Below are positions 13,460-26,590 of a DNA stretch of 64,000 bases, piece by piece (the stretch's first letter is position 1; the number at the start of each line of letters is the position of its first letter). Made by a program: the position numbers and the translations under genes. The notes under the pieces are model-generated. The model did no database searches, had not been told where the DNA came from, and was given only the letters and a program-made list of their open reading frames with translations. Source of the stretch: Callorhinchus milii (Eukaryota); contig NW_024704743.1 in NCBI RefSeq assembly GCF_018977255.1, positions 59,460,001 to 59,524,000 on the forward strand. The letters are read 5' to 3'.

Positions 13460-13607
13460 AATAAAAACATTGGTTGATGAAATTTTTATAACTTTGCGAG
13501 TACTATAGTTGAATTTGAGTAGCTTTCTAACGCTGTTTTAGATGGTTTCTAATCTTTAATATATGTACAAATAAGTACATTCAAATAAATGATTTAATCT
13601 AAATAAA
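13460..13607 (+). terminator. Candidate polyadenylation signal cluster of the PNGase F-like gene
   Basis: AATAAA at 13460, 13584 and 13602 with a nearby TGTA; first such cluster seen after the stop codon. Confidence 0.35.
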
Positions 13608-15519
13608 CGTGTAACTTGATGCATTTGAAATGAGCATTTTTGATTGATGACGTATACTTCTGCCTATAAATAGATTCTGAGACGCACATATATTTTATAT
13701 TGTCAGGGAAGCATGTAAGAAAATTGGCCTAAAGGCAGACTTGGTTGCCGTTTCACCAATTTTTGTTTTTTTCGTGCTTACTGCACCGAGGCTTTGTTTG
13801 CAAACGTATTTCATTTTGACTTTCACTTATTCTCCTGGGGAGAAAATGCCATCTAGTTCGAGAATTAAGTTTTTTCTTATTTTAGAGCATGCAGTTGGAC
13901 AGTTCTTAAATATTCAATTATAACTTTGAAGCAGAAACTCTACAAGTTTCTTTAGGAACAACTCAAAAAACCTGAACAACTGAATTCTAAATACGACAGA
14001 GTTCGTGATACTCTACGAGACTCCTTTTCAAACTGTCGCAGAGTTTCAAGGATAAAATATGGACATATTTCAGTAACTGGCTGAAGGGAAGGGAACACTA
14101 GAGGTTAGAGGTAGGAATGGGACATTGCGGGGGAGATATTGAGTTAGGATGCGCTACTTTGTTGTGTGCATGAATGATCTAGATCCAGTTTAAGATAGTC
14201 AAATTTTAATTTTAAGATTGGAGAACACTGGAGTAGAAACCAAAATTTTCCACACACAATGGCACCCTTCAATCTTATCATGACTTTGTCAATCAGATCT
14301 TACACAGGGAACTTGAAATACTCATTATTGGCAAATGTAGTATAGATCAGTGCAAGATGCAGATATAGATAACAAATTAGAACTCAGACTGTTGAAACTA
14401 GGGTCAAGAAATCATTCTTCACACGCAGGTTAATTAAGATATTGAATGCAGTTCTCCAAAAGGCTGCAAAAACAATCAATATGGATGTTTAAAAGATAGA
14501 CCTCGATAATAGAGGTATTGAGGGGTGTGATTAAAAAGGCGAGATCTAATTAACCAGTGGAACACGTTCAATGGGCTGAATGGCCTCCTTTTCCTATTCA
14601 CTTAACAGGAAAATATTCGAAATCAATGTTGGCAACATGTATCCTCTCACAGCGTTCCTTATTAGAGCTGGCTCGATGTTGAGCACCACCACTGTTAATC
14701 ACTCCCAAGATGCTGCCCTGCGTGAGAGGCACTATTACAAATGCAAGTTGTTGTAGTAGGGCAGTTGTGGACAATCTCTGGCAAGAAGTGACCCCTGAAC
14801 ATTCGCACGAGTCTAAGTAAGTCCTGTTCGATCGGTAGTGTGGTTTCAGTTTTTCTTGATTGAAAATTTCTTGCTTTATGGCATATTTTGTAGAGGCATA
14901 TGAAAAGCTGAGTGAGATACAGAAGGTAACCCAGAAAAATACTTTAACGTCCATCAGCACAGGAGAAGACTGGTGGGGAAGGCCAATTTTAGAATAGGTG
15001 TAAAGAAGTGCTTATTTACACAGAGGGTAATCAGAAGCTGTGTGTGTTACAAGGAAGGGCATGACCCATTTAAGAGTTTAGGGAATGAGGCATTTAAGAA
15101 TTAGCTTGATGCTGTAATGGAAAGAATGTGGATTGGTATTCCAGAAGCTTCAGATCAAAAGATTTTTAACCAAATCTCTCTTGTGATGTGCACGGTCATC
15201 TTAAAATACTTTTTTTATTTAAATATTCTATAGAAGTGGTGCAGCTTGTTGAAAAAATAAACAAATCAATTCAACACTTTTGCCGAAAATGCACTGTAAA
15301 TCTTTATTTGGATAATAGTTTTTTTATTTGTTCCAATACAATTGGACACATTTTCTAAAACATTTAGCAAACCACTTATCAAATTCAATTTTAAGGAAAT
15401 TTAAAATGTTGATTTCTCAAACTGCTGCATTAATGCAGTAAAAAAATACTCAAAGTATAAGATTGTAACACAATTTGATTTGTATAAACAGTTACCCTGT
15501 ATGGACAGTTTTTAAGTGC

Positions 15520-16230
15520 AAGCCTGGCTTACTTGGTAGCATTATCATCTCTGCATCAGGAGGTTTGAGTTCAAGCCCACGTTGAGAGTTTGAACTCACA
15601 TAGTCTAGGCTCACTCCAATGCAGTGCTGAGGGAAGTGGAGTTTGAGGTATGATTCTTCAGATAAAACATTAAACCAAGGTCCCATCTGCCTGTTCAGGT
15701 GGAAATTAGTGTCCCATGGCATTATTAGAGTGGTTGGAGCACTCGCTTTGCAAGCGAGAGACCTGAGTTCAATTCCAGGCAGTGGGCGAAACCTTGGGCA
15801 AGTTTCCTTACTCACACGCCTAATAATAATCCCTCCAAAACCAAAAACAATAATAAAAATTGGTCATTTTCAATCTACGACTGTTTGTGCGACATTGCTG
15901 TGCGCAATTGGCTGCCGCGTTCGCCCACAAATATACAGTCAATTCACTTTACAGTGTCTTCTATGAAGCGCTTTGGGACATCCTCCCGACGTGAAAAGCG
16001 CTCTATCAAATGCAAGGATTATTATTATATTACAAAAGGGAATGTCCTCACCAACAGTCACCCAAACAAAATTTGTCATTCACTTCATGGTCATTTGTGG
16101 AGCATAGCTGTTTGCAAATTGACTGTTGCACTCTCTTACAAATACACTTTACATCTAAATCATGTGAAGCCCATTGACACACCCTGACATGAAAGACACT
16201 ATGTCAAATGCAAGGTTTATTATTTTTATT
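15520..16230 (+). mobile_element. Deu-domain SINE interrupted by a younger SINE
   Basis: Head and Deu core at 15520-15722, remainder at 16031-16230. Confidence 0.7.
15728..16030 (+). mobile_element. tRNA-derived SINE nested in an older Deu-domain SINE
   Basis: Same head, body and tail as other copies; host SINE sequence continues on both sides. Confidence 0.85.
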
Positions 16231-16576
16231 ACCCAACATAATCAAAATTGCACAATCGTGAAAATGCATCAATTTGATTCTTCCTACTTATTCCAAGCAA
16301 AAAAATTGCTTAATGAATTTAGCAATCTGAAAAACTTCCGACATGAAAATACATTTTTAAATAAATTCAGTCCTGTGATGTTTGCACCATATTTACAACA
16401 TGATCCAATATTCGTGAGATTTGTTTTACTAGTCTATATTGAATTGATGATTGTCCTGTTTGTTCTGAATAACTGGACAGATTAAGAAGTAAAATATGTA
16501 GGCATTTCTAAAAGACATGCAGTATTTAGAAATACTAAATATTTAGTATTTGCCCTAACTTGTTTTGCACACATCA

Positions 16577-16783
16577 TTATGAGTTCTTACAGGAGGAAGC
16601 ATTTTTTATATTAAACTGGAGATTGGGCTTTGTGGCTTCTTGCATCAGTTCATACAGCTGTCCAATTTGTTCATTGTTGAAGCCTTTTAGTTTTTCCTCC
16701 GTTAAGTCAGCTCCTAACTGCATTTTTTGCTTTGGTTCCACCACTGTGTGTGAAACCTGTTTCTGCAGTACATGTGCATATTC
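16577..16783 (-). CDS. SDHAF3: Succinate dehydrogenase assembly factor 3, last coding exon
   Basis: Minus strand ttttgtcttttctcag|EYAHVLQKQVSHTVVEPKQKMQLGADLTEEKLKGFNNEQIGQLYELMQEATKPNLQFNIKNASSCKNS*; EEKL..F..EQIGQL.ELMQEATKPN matches the SDHAF3/ACN9 C-terminus. Confidence 0.95.
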   Translation of the reverse strand, partial: EYAHVLQKQVSHTVVEPKQKMQLGADLTEEKLKGFNNEQIGQLYELMQEATKPNLQFNIKNASSCKNS

Positions 16784-17559
16784 CTGAGAAAAGACAAAAT
16801 AAAGTAGACTGTTCCATTACAAGTCTTCAAGTCAATATTTAAAGAAACCTGTCGGTCTCACTAGCTGACATTTCATCAATCACCCTATGATGAATTCATT
16901 AGTCACTAATGTTTACCTGCAGCAATGCAGCTTCCTATAAATCAGAAATGTTATTAACTTTCTTTGGAATGACATGACCAGGGAATATAGCTCTAAAAAA
17001 TTTATTTCATGATTTAACATTGAAATACCGGGTAACACTAAAAATGTACTTCTAATGTTACGTTTGTGAGACAACTGAATCTTCATTATTATATCACTCA
17101 GCAGTGCACAGAACAGCTGTTGTTCAATTATCATCAAAAGGAATTCATTTAAATTTTATTTAATGTACTTTTTCCAAACTGCTACAGTAAATCTATGACA
17201 CAATTAAAATGATAAGGCACTGAATTGAACATTTTCTTGCAATGGATATTAAAGTCTAAAATTCAGGCAATGATTCTTCAGTTTAGAGGGTTAGTTGTAT
17301 ATTTCTTGTAATTACTGGTGCTTTTAGTTACAGAATTGCTTCACATATCACATCTGCAATGTTGCCTTGGAGTTCTGAGGCTATAGACGCTGCCTGTTTA
17401 TATAACGACAGTGGGCAGAGACAGAGCAACAAAAGCACAATTAACAATTCTGAATCTTAAGTAAATGCTCTTTCCACTTTGCCTCTGATAATGGATGGGA
17501 AGTTACATATTGACCACCAAGCAAACACCTGTAGGGGAATTATGAACCTGGAATCAGAC

Positions 17560-17940
17560 TTGTAAGCCTGGTTCAGTTGGTAACACTTTCACCTCAAAAT
17601 CAGAAGGTTGTGGATTCAAGCCCCACGTAAGAACTTTGAACTCATAGCGTAGGTGCAGTGCTAGGGGTGTGTTGCGTTGTTGGAAGTGCCGTTCTTCAAT
17701 GAGAGGATAAACTGAGGTCCCGTCTGCCTGTTCAAGCAGATGTTAAAGAGAAGGGAGTTTCTCCCAGTGTACTGGCCAATAATCCCCAAATTTTAAAAAA
17801 AGGCATTAATTTCATGACTGTCTGTGGGATATTGCTGTGTGCAAATGGGATGCTATGTTTGCATACAAGAATACAGTCACTCTATTTTGCAGTAAATCCT
17901 ATGAAGAGCTTTGAGACTTACTTTTGACATGAAAAGATCT
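17560..17940 (+). mobile_element. Deu-domain SINE
   Basis: Head agcctggttcagttggtaacac, Deu core and tail. Confidence 0.8.
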
Positions 17941-20619
17941 ATGTATAAGGCACGTCTCAAAACCCTCCTTTTCGACCGAGCCTTTGGCCATCCTCCCTGC
18001 CCTCCATGATCCCCAGCTCGGGTCCAAATTCCTGACTGTCCAGCGCCTTGGGATGTCTCCCAACTTGAAAGGCGCTATACACATGTAACATATTGTATAC
18101 CAAATCAAAGTAAATTAAGGCAGATACTTTTCAAATAAGGTTTAAAAAAAAGTTTGTCTTTTTTCTAAAAACAAAATCAATACCAGTACATTGTAAAAGA
18201 TGTATTCTATTTTAACCTCAACAAGTATTAAATTTGCTCTGAAAAGCATAAGATTACTGTAATAACTAGTGTTTTTTAGATACTATACCCAACTCTCTGG
18301 AACTCACTTTCAAATTCCCTCCACTCTACACCTCCATTTAAAAAGAATTCAAAAGAAAACGTCCTGGAACTTGCTTTGGACACCTCTAGCCTATCCACCG
18401 TTATTCTGTACAATCTCTGTAAAGCACTTTGAGACAATATCCTATCTTGTTGTAATAGATGGCATTATGAAACATATTGATGTAAAGCTGGATTTGAGAT
18501 CCATATGCATAGGGATGTTTGGTCCAAATGAAAATAAACACTGCGTTCACATACATTTTTAAAAAGTTTACAGATTAATTTAGAGAGAAAATGCATTAAT
18601 GAAAAAACAAAACTGAATCCATTACAAACCATTAGAATTGAAATTCATAAGAAAAACAGATAGCTGATCCTGAAAATATCTCATTTTGATTAACAATGAA
18701 GAGTTGATGAAGTATCTATTCCTGAAAATGAGAATTAGCATTAAGTATTTATTTGATAATACAAGTCTTCATTATGTTCCCCATTAAATAGAGTATGCTT
18801 TTAGTGTGTGACACTACATAATTTGTCAGCCACACATTGCGTTATTGCACTTACTGGAATACTTCATCTTATAAATCACATCAGAGAGAAGGCATTGGAG
18901 ATCAACTTGTGACGTGTTCTGGATATGAATCCTTGTGCAAAATGGCAGGTCAGTAATAATTTAGTCCTGAGATACTTCCATTAAGAAAATGTTATTAGCA
19001 GTCTGCAATGCAACAAGATGAACCATCCCAGCTACATTTTAATTTGTTTCTTCCTCTCTTCCAATCCTATGATGGTGGTGGGGGGAGAGAAGAGGAAGAC
19101 GGGAGAACTGGAAGAGAGCCAATGAGATATGACGCACTCCCCTTGGCAATGGTGATGAGGCATTGCACACTATAAAGCCTTGTTGAGATACTGGGGTGGA
19201 ATAAAAGGGAACTTCAGTCTTCAATTATCTATATACCTGACCTGGAGTGCTTGACATTGACACTGGATGCCAAAAATGAACAAGTATTCCATTTGTAGCC
19301 TTTATGTCTCACCTGAATGAGCACCATATTCAAATGGAAAAAATACAATGATATACTGTATATTCATACTATTGCACTGTTAACAGCATTTTCATTGTGC
19401 CAAATGTATGTACATACTTCACATTTGTTTAACAGGAACCTCTCGTTTAATAAGCAAGTCATTAAAAGCTATTTTGCAGGTGCAGGAAGCAAAGGCAAAT
19501 GGCCATACACAAGCGGTATAGGATACAACACTATGGGAGTACTGTACTAGTGCAGTTGTACAGAGCATTGATCAAACCCCATGTGGAGTAGAGTACTGTA
19601 TTGTGTCCAGGCTTAGGAAGAATATATTCCTGTTCCTAAATTAGAAAATGGATACATTCCACTCCCCCCTATCCCATTCCTGCATGAGATGACTCATGGT
19701 TGGTACAAAAATGACACTTAACTATACAATATATCCTTTGAAGCACCTTCAGAGGTTTTTCCGATGTGAAAAGTTTAATAGCAAATGTAAGGATTACTAT
19801 TAGTAGTAATATGATTACAGTTCTGTGGGTACTGGCAGCCTTCAGCTATATCTTCAATTACGATTCTAGACAATGAATTTTACAAGTTATTTAACTGGGA
19901 GAGAGGTAAGGTCTCAGCACTGATAAAACATCAAACTGCTTTCATTAAAAGCCTTCAAATGATCATGCTTCAAATGACACACAAAACAGAACTGTTATGT
20001 GCTCTGTTTTAAGCCAGCCACCAGCTAATGATGTAGTACCTGTAAACTTCATATAAGTTACAATGGTGCATAATTCAAGAACATCTCTAATTTAGCAGGC
20101 TCAACCCTAGAAAGAGGGATTAGAAAAGTATTGAATGTAGTTATTCTCTGGCCAGGGTTTATTTTGTGGTTCAAACATATGTGGTTTAAAAGGGCTGTGA
20201 ACAGTCAAGAAACACAAAGAGAAGGGGGAAAATGCAGCATTATTCTATGTCAATCTCCCGGAATGGCAGGATATTACTTGCATCTGCAATCCTACATGTG
20301 GCGATCTGCCAATCTTGCTTATGCCATTAAGTCAAAGTCAAAGAAAGTCACCAGAACTAATTCTGTGTATCTTTTTGACTAAATTGACTTCTACGGTATA
20401 GTGTTGAAGCAAGCCTCCTAATAAGTCATAATAATAATAATCCTTACATTTGATATAGTGCTTTTCACGTCTTCTAGACGTCTCAAAGCGCTTCACAGAA
20501 TATATTGTAAAGTGACTTGTTAGTTGACTCATGCTCGCTATGTCAAAACAGTCTGAGGCAGCAATAATAATAATAATCCTTACATTTGACAAAGCATCTT
20601 TCACATCAGGATGATATTC

Positions 20620-21190
20620 CAAAGCACTCCACAGGGTATACTGCAAAGTGCAACAACTGTGTTTTGTTGGCAATAAACAAGGTAAATAAGTTGAGTTTAG
20701 ATATCCAGACATCATACTCGAGCTGTATAGTCCATTCAGACCACACCACATAAAATTTTGGTCACCATAACATAAATAATACTACAAATGCCCCAGACGC
20801 AGTGGAGAGGAGAGCAACGAGAATGATGCCCAGTGTTAGAGTTATGAGCTATGACTAGACAAGATTGGGCTCTTCAGTCTTCAAAGAAGACTCAGAAGAG
20901 ACTTTAAAGGTGTATAAAATTTTAAATAGACCTGAAAAAGGAAACCCAGATCCATACTTTAGGAATTACCAAGACAGAGAACTATAGAACATAGGTTTAG
21001 AGTTGTAAAGGGCAATTCCAGGTCAGATACCAGGTAGTTTATCTTTACTCCGATATTAATCAATGACAAGAACAGAAAAAGTGGGGGCAGTCAGGACACT
21101 GGACTTGTTTAAAATGCAGCTTGATGCTGTGATGGGGAGGGGAGGTTGGGAGAATAGTAGGATGGGTATTCTGAAAGGATGAGATTGGTT
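20620..21190 (+). mobile_element. CR1 LINE 3' relic
   Basis: Degenerate ORF2 C-terminus (QWRGEQREMP/RVMSY..R.LGLFSLQRR-like). Confidence 0.7.
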
Positions 21191-21474
21191 TGAGGAAGGA
21201 ACCCCTTCAGCCATTCAATCTTGTGATCCCACAACCTTCTGACTCAGAGGCAAGAGTCCAACCACTGAGCCAGACTGATACCTAACTCACTAATTATTTG
21301 CTCAGTTCAAATGCAACTGTAACTAACTACCTTGCACTGACTGCAAATCTAGGTCATATGGGTAAAAGGAGGATCCCCAACATTGACCCCCAAGGCACCA
21401 CTACTCCAATTCAACCAAGTTTACCTTCCATAACCCTCTGCTTCCCTTCATGTTAACAATGTTCCAAAATCTCA

Positions 21475-21765
21475 GCCACCCACTCAACACACCTGAGCCC
21501 AGCCACCCACCAACACACCCGACCTCCGACACACCCGAGCTCTGCCACCGATACACTTGAGCTCTGCACCGACACATCTAAGCTCTGCACCGATACACCC
21601 GAGTTCTGCCACCGATACACCTGAGCTCTGCACCGACACACCCGAGCTCTGCACCGACACACCTGAGCTCTGCCACCGACACACCACTCAGCCACTCACT
21701 TACACACCCGAGCTCACACTCCCATCCACACCTGAGCTCAGCCACCCACCGACATACCTGAGCTA
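21475..21765. repeat. Short 20-22 bp tandem repeat
   Basis: GAGCTCTGC(C)ACCGA(C/T)ACACC units. Confidence 0.9.
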
Positions 21766-22807
21766 ATAATAAAATGAGTAGTTATGTTTTGGGAGAAATT
21801 TGTCAAGTGGGTTTATGAAACCTAAAATTAATTTTCTGAGCTATAAAAACTGCAGGAAACACCAGTTAGTTTGTTTTACATCTTATAAATCATAAGAAAT
21901 TGCTGCCATGTTGAATCAATGAGAGTGGGTGAAACAGTCAGTGAGTAGCTTTCAGCCATGAAATTTGATTGATTTATAGCCAAACATTCATAACATACTG
22001 CTAGTTGTTAGACTCTATTAATGCAGAAACATGATATATAATCTGATGTGTTTTTTTATAAAACAAAAAGGATTTTGAGAACTATAAAGGCTACCTACTT
22101 TCCATTGCTGAACATTAGTATACCATGAGCATCTACAATTTTGTTAATGCGGTGTGTCTGACAGAATTTAATCTACAAATAGATATGGTGATTGAATAAA
22201 AAGAGCATGACCATCTAATGACTTAGAGAGCTCTAAAGGCATTTGCCTGCGCGCACACAAAATTGATTCAAGTATTAGTTCAAACAGTTCAAGTATTCCC
22301 TAATTTCAAAAGTAGCAGCATCCAGTTCCAGCTGGGTCCCTACCTAATGTGTAATTGTGTATTGATCCGTGGGTCAGAAGTAGGATATGGTAGTCACTCA
22401 GGGATTAAAAATATAGCCGGTCTTAATTAGTCAAGACATTTCAGAAAGACCAAACAAGGGTGCACCCCATATTATGATTATAGCATTATGACTGGCCGGT
22501 TAACAATAACTGTTACAGTAATGTTTCCCATAACATCCAGGGGGCTATCCAATCACAAAAAATTAGTACCAATCCAGATATTTTTGCAATCATGGCTTTT
22601 GAAAGAGTCACCCAAATAGCAAATAATTAATTACTGTGTGTCTCATTCCAATTCTTATATAAATTCTATATATCACATATACTAAATGTTCCTATGCATT
22701 TTATGCTGAACAGTGTTGCTCATTAGGAAGCTGGCAGGGAATTCCTAGTACATACTATCCACCTAGTCAGGGCTACAACTTATGCTTGTCAGATGTCAAA
22801 TTACCAA

Positions 22808-23400
22808 TTAATGACTATCCTCCTGGGGAGGTAGGCGGTGTAAAGTATGGTTTCCTGAACTGACTCCAAGGTAATGTACTGACAACAGAATGTTAGAATC
22901 TAGTCAATCCTTGGTAATCTGAATTTCTGAGCCAGAGAGGACTGCATTACCCCAGTGCACTGCTGCTGATAGACCAGCCAGCCCAGCTCATTGGCAGGAC
23001 TTGGGAGGGGCAGAACGAATCACTGGGAGCAGATATTCTTCCCACTCGGCTCCCCCGCAGGTTAAAGCATTAATGGGTACAGTTTTCCTAGCCAGACAAG
23101 CAGCAGGATGCATGCCAGACAGTGCTCACAATGGCAAGTTATGTGGTTTTAGCTGAATAAACTTCAGCAGTATCCCACAAGCATTACGGAGGTCCTAATA
23201 GCCTTGAATCTAGCCAACATGCACTTTTTGGGGTGTCTGACCCATTTGGAAACCCACCACCATACTCAAGAGTATCCAAACCAGAGTTCCTTGCATTCCA
23301 TCTACACGTGCAAATTCTAGAGACACTTATTGAAATGGAATGCGCGTTCTCTCCCTGGAGGGGCACATCCTGCTTTTCTAAATCCAGAGAATGTTACAAC
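22808..23400. mobile_element. Partial copy of the palindromic element family
   Basis: Begins taatgactatcctcctgggg, the reverse complement of ccccaaggatgatagtcatta at the 53.6 kb end; one arm plus part of the other. Confidence 0.65.
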
Positions 23401-23499
23401 AACTTTGCACAGTGGTCAGTATAGGTCGAAGCAGCTGCTCTCTGTGTTTTCTACAAATCCACTCACTGCTTGATCCTGCACTTTGTAAATGGGACGGAG

Positions 23500-23640
23500 G
23501 AAGTTCCGCTGCTGCACCCCCAGGAGCTCGGATCCATAAAGGAGGACTGTTTACACACAGGTCTTATATGCCGTAAGCTTGATCTGGATTAGGACCTTAC
23601 TATCCTTGGCGAGACAAGCACAACCAGAGTGCCCTTCACG
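23500..23640 (-). mobile_element. RTE-clade LINE relic
   Basis: Minus frame reads IKLTAYKTCV*TVLLYGSE, resembling the RTE ORF motif KL.IY.ACV..LLYGSETW. Confidence 0.5.
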
Positions 23641-24027
23641 CCTTCTCTTTCAGAACTGTGTCCAAGCAAAGCCCCCAGCTACCAATAAGAATCAATAATT
23701 GGGACTAAGGCCCCTTGTACCTTTCAATGAATACCCTTGATGTCTTCTGAGACTGATACTCGAAATGCAGTGCTGGGAATGTACTGTACTGTGGGAGGTA
23801 AAAGTTTTTTGGGTGAAATGTTAAACCAACTGGATGTGGATATGGCACATTTTGAAAAGAGAAGGCAATTTCTCCCAGTGTCCTGGCTACTATTCCCATA
23901 TTCACTGAGCAACTCTTTGTAAGGCAATGCTGTGTGCAAATTGGCTGCCGCATTTGCCTACAAAATAGTCAATACACTTTACTGTAAAGCCTGAATGGCT
24001 TTTAGGCATCCCCCAATATGAGTTTTA

Positions 24028-24330
24028 GGAGTCAGTGGTTAGAGCACTCAACTCACAAACGAGAGACCTGGATTCGATTCCAGGCAGGGCGAAACCTTGG
24101 GCAAGTTTCCTCACTCCACAGCCTGATAATAATCCTTCAAAAAAAAACAATAATAAAATTGGTCACTTCAATCCACGACTGTTTGTGGGACACCGCTGTG
24201 CACAATTGGCTGCCGCGTTTCGCCCACAAATATACAGTCAATTCACTTTACAGTATATTCTGTGAAGCGCTTTGAGAAGTCTAGAAGACGTGAAAGAGCG
24301 CTATATCAAATGCAAGGATTATTATAATTA
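24028..24330 (+). mobile_element. tRNA-derived SINE
   Basis: Head agtggttagagcactc...ttcgattcc; body aattggtcacttcaatccacgactg; tail aaatgcaaggattatta. Confidence 0.9.
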
Positions 24331-24344
24331 CAATATATCAAATA

Positions 24345-24733
24345 ATATCCTTAAATTTATTATATCCTTCACAGAATGTATTGTAATGTGGGATAACTGT
24401 TTTTTGGTGGGTGAACACAGCAGCCAATTGGCATTGCCCCACAAATAGCCATGAAACAAATCACCAAATTTATTTAGGGATTGATAGCCAAGACACTGGG
24501 ATAAAGTCTTCTCATTCTGAATAGTGCCATGGGGTCTTTAACTTCCACCTGAACAGGAGACCTTGGTTTGACCATTCAAAGGATGGCATCTCCGACAATG
24601 CAGCACACCCCAGCGTGGCACTGGAGTGTCATCTTAGATCGTATGAGTTCAAAGTTCTGACGGAGAGCTTGAACCCAGAACCTTCTGACTCACCCGAGTT
24701 AAGAGTAGTTACCAACTGAGACAGGCTGACACC
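24345..24733 (-). mobile_element. Deu-domain SINE
   Basis: Reverse complement; head reads ggtgtcagcctgtctcagttggtaac. Confidence 0.8.
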
Positions 24734-26284
24734 TGCTTTGAATTGGAACAGCGACATCATAGAAACACCAAGTTTCCCACCGTCTAGATAGATATATACT
24801 AATGTTCCTTTATCATTTCTCCCACAAAATATACAGTCAATCCACTTTACAATATATTCTGTGAAGCAACTTGAGATGTCTCAACAACATGATAAGGCCC
24901 AATATCAAATACAAGGATTATTATTATTATTATCATCATCATCGCTGGGTTAAAATCCTGGAACTCCCTTCCCAACAATCCCGTGGGAACAAAATTATCA
25001 TTAACATTGCAGTGGTTTAAAGAAAAAGCCCACCACCACATTCTAAAGGAAACTTAGGGGTGGCAATAAATGATGGCTCGACCTGCATTGCTCACATTCA
25101 GAGTTGAATTTAAAAAATAAAATTCATACTTTAGCAACAACAAAGCATGAGTGCACCAATAATTATTACTAATGCAATATTTTACTACAAGTGTAGAATT
25201 TTATCTGAATAAAATTAACATTCTCTGTTTACTGTACATTTAAGCTCCAATTGACTTACTTTCTAATGAAATTGAGTAGAACATTACAGGGAAGAAATTT
25301 CACCTGATTCTACATTTACTCTATTTTCTTAGCAGTTCAGACTGTTTAGAATTTGACAATTTCTTTAAAAAAAACAAATTCTTAAATACAACCTGAAATT
25401 TGAAGCCATTTTATCTAAGTTCTTCAGAAAAATGATTTCAATGTTAAGAACAAAATTCAACAATTTCATAAATTCTGGATTCTCTTTGTGCCACATACAT
25501 GGAGTAAATCTACACCCAGATGGAACGTCTCCCCACAAAAGTTCTCCACAAGCCTTTAGTGCCACCCCGAGGAAATCGATGGGACTACAGACACAATTCC
25601 ATATCATTTTGTATTTTTGATACGGTCTACAGTGGATGCACTAGTAGCTTGGTTTTGGTTGTTTTTTTCTGTCCCATAAACCACAAACATATTTCAGTAC
25701 AACAACAACAACGTGCATTTATATAGCACCCTTCACGCGGGGTAGCGTCCTGGATCGCTTCACAGTGGCGGGGTCTGATAACGTTCACTAAAACCCATGT
25801 AATAAGTTCAACAAACAATCCAAGTTGCAAAATAAAATGTTTTGTGTTATATGCCTTGTTATATTGAGAATGGCAAAACCCATAAATCCAGCAGTCTAAC
25901 TGTTCATTTTAATTTCTGATGGTTTCAATGTCACCTTATCTCACCATTGTTATTTGTTAATACTCATTCTCAACCCGTCTTTTCTATTATATATATTAAC
26001 AAACCTAAACTTTCATATACTTATTTCAATGCTTTTATTTCAAATATGTTTTAATACAAAACAATAGATATCCAGCAATAATTAGCAGACAGTAATCAGT
26101 ATTCAGGTTCCTTTGGGACCAACTGGCTGGATCATAACTGAGGTGGGACTGAAGCTTGGATCGTAAAGTAACAAAGAAAACTGGGGCAGAATAACTTTCA
26201 TTTTCATAGCACCTGATCATGTCCTAAAGTCTCAAAAGCTCTAAAAGTAGTGAAACCATTTGCGATAACTAGATCCCCTATATG

Positions 26285-26590
26285 GCTTTAGCTTGCAAGA
26301 TTCCAGCAGTACCCCTGGATTCCCCAAGCCTTGGATCTTGCCAACACGTGTCTAATACTCTCTGGAATTAGGTAAGCAAGTTGTGTCCCTCCAGGAAGAC
26401 AGTGGGCATTCGATTCCAATAAATATCTGGGATTTCCATGTGCAGGTGAGATGCATGGAACTCTCAATTTGATTTGGATACTCTTAAGCAGAAATGGCCA
26501 AGTAACTATTTTACACATTTGTAATGCGGTTCATGTGCTGCTAGTTGGCCTCTTAAGCATGGTGGTAAGTTTCCACATGTGTCAGACACC
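26285..26590. mobile_element. Partial copy of the palindromic element family
   Basis: ccccaagcctt, tcttgccaac, gaattagg, tttccatg and gcatggtggt motifs shared with other copies. Confidence 0.55.
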
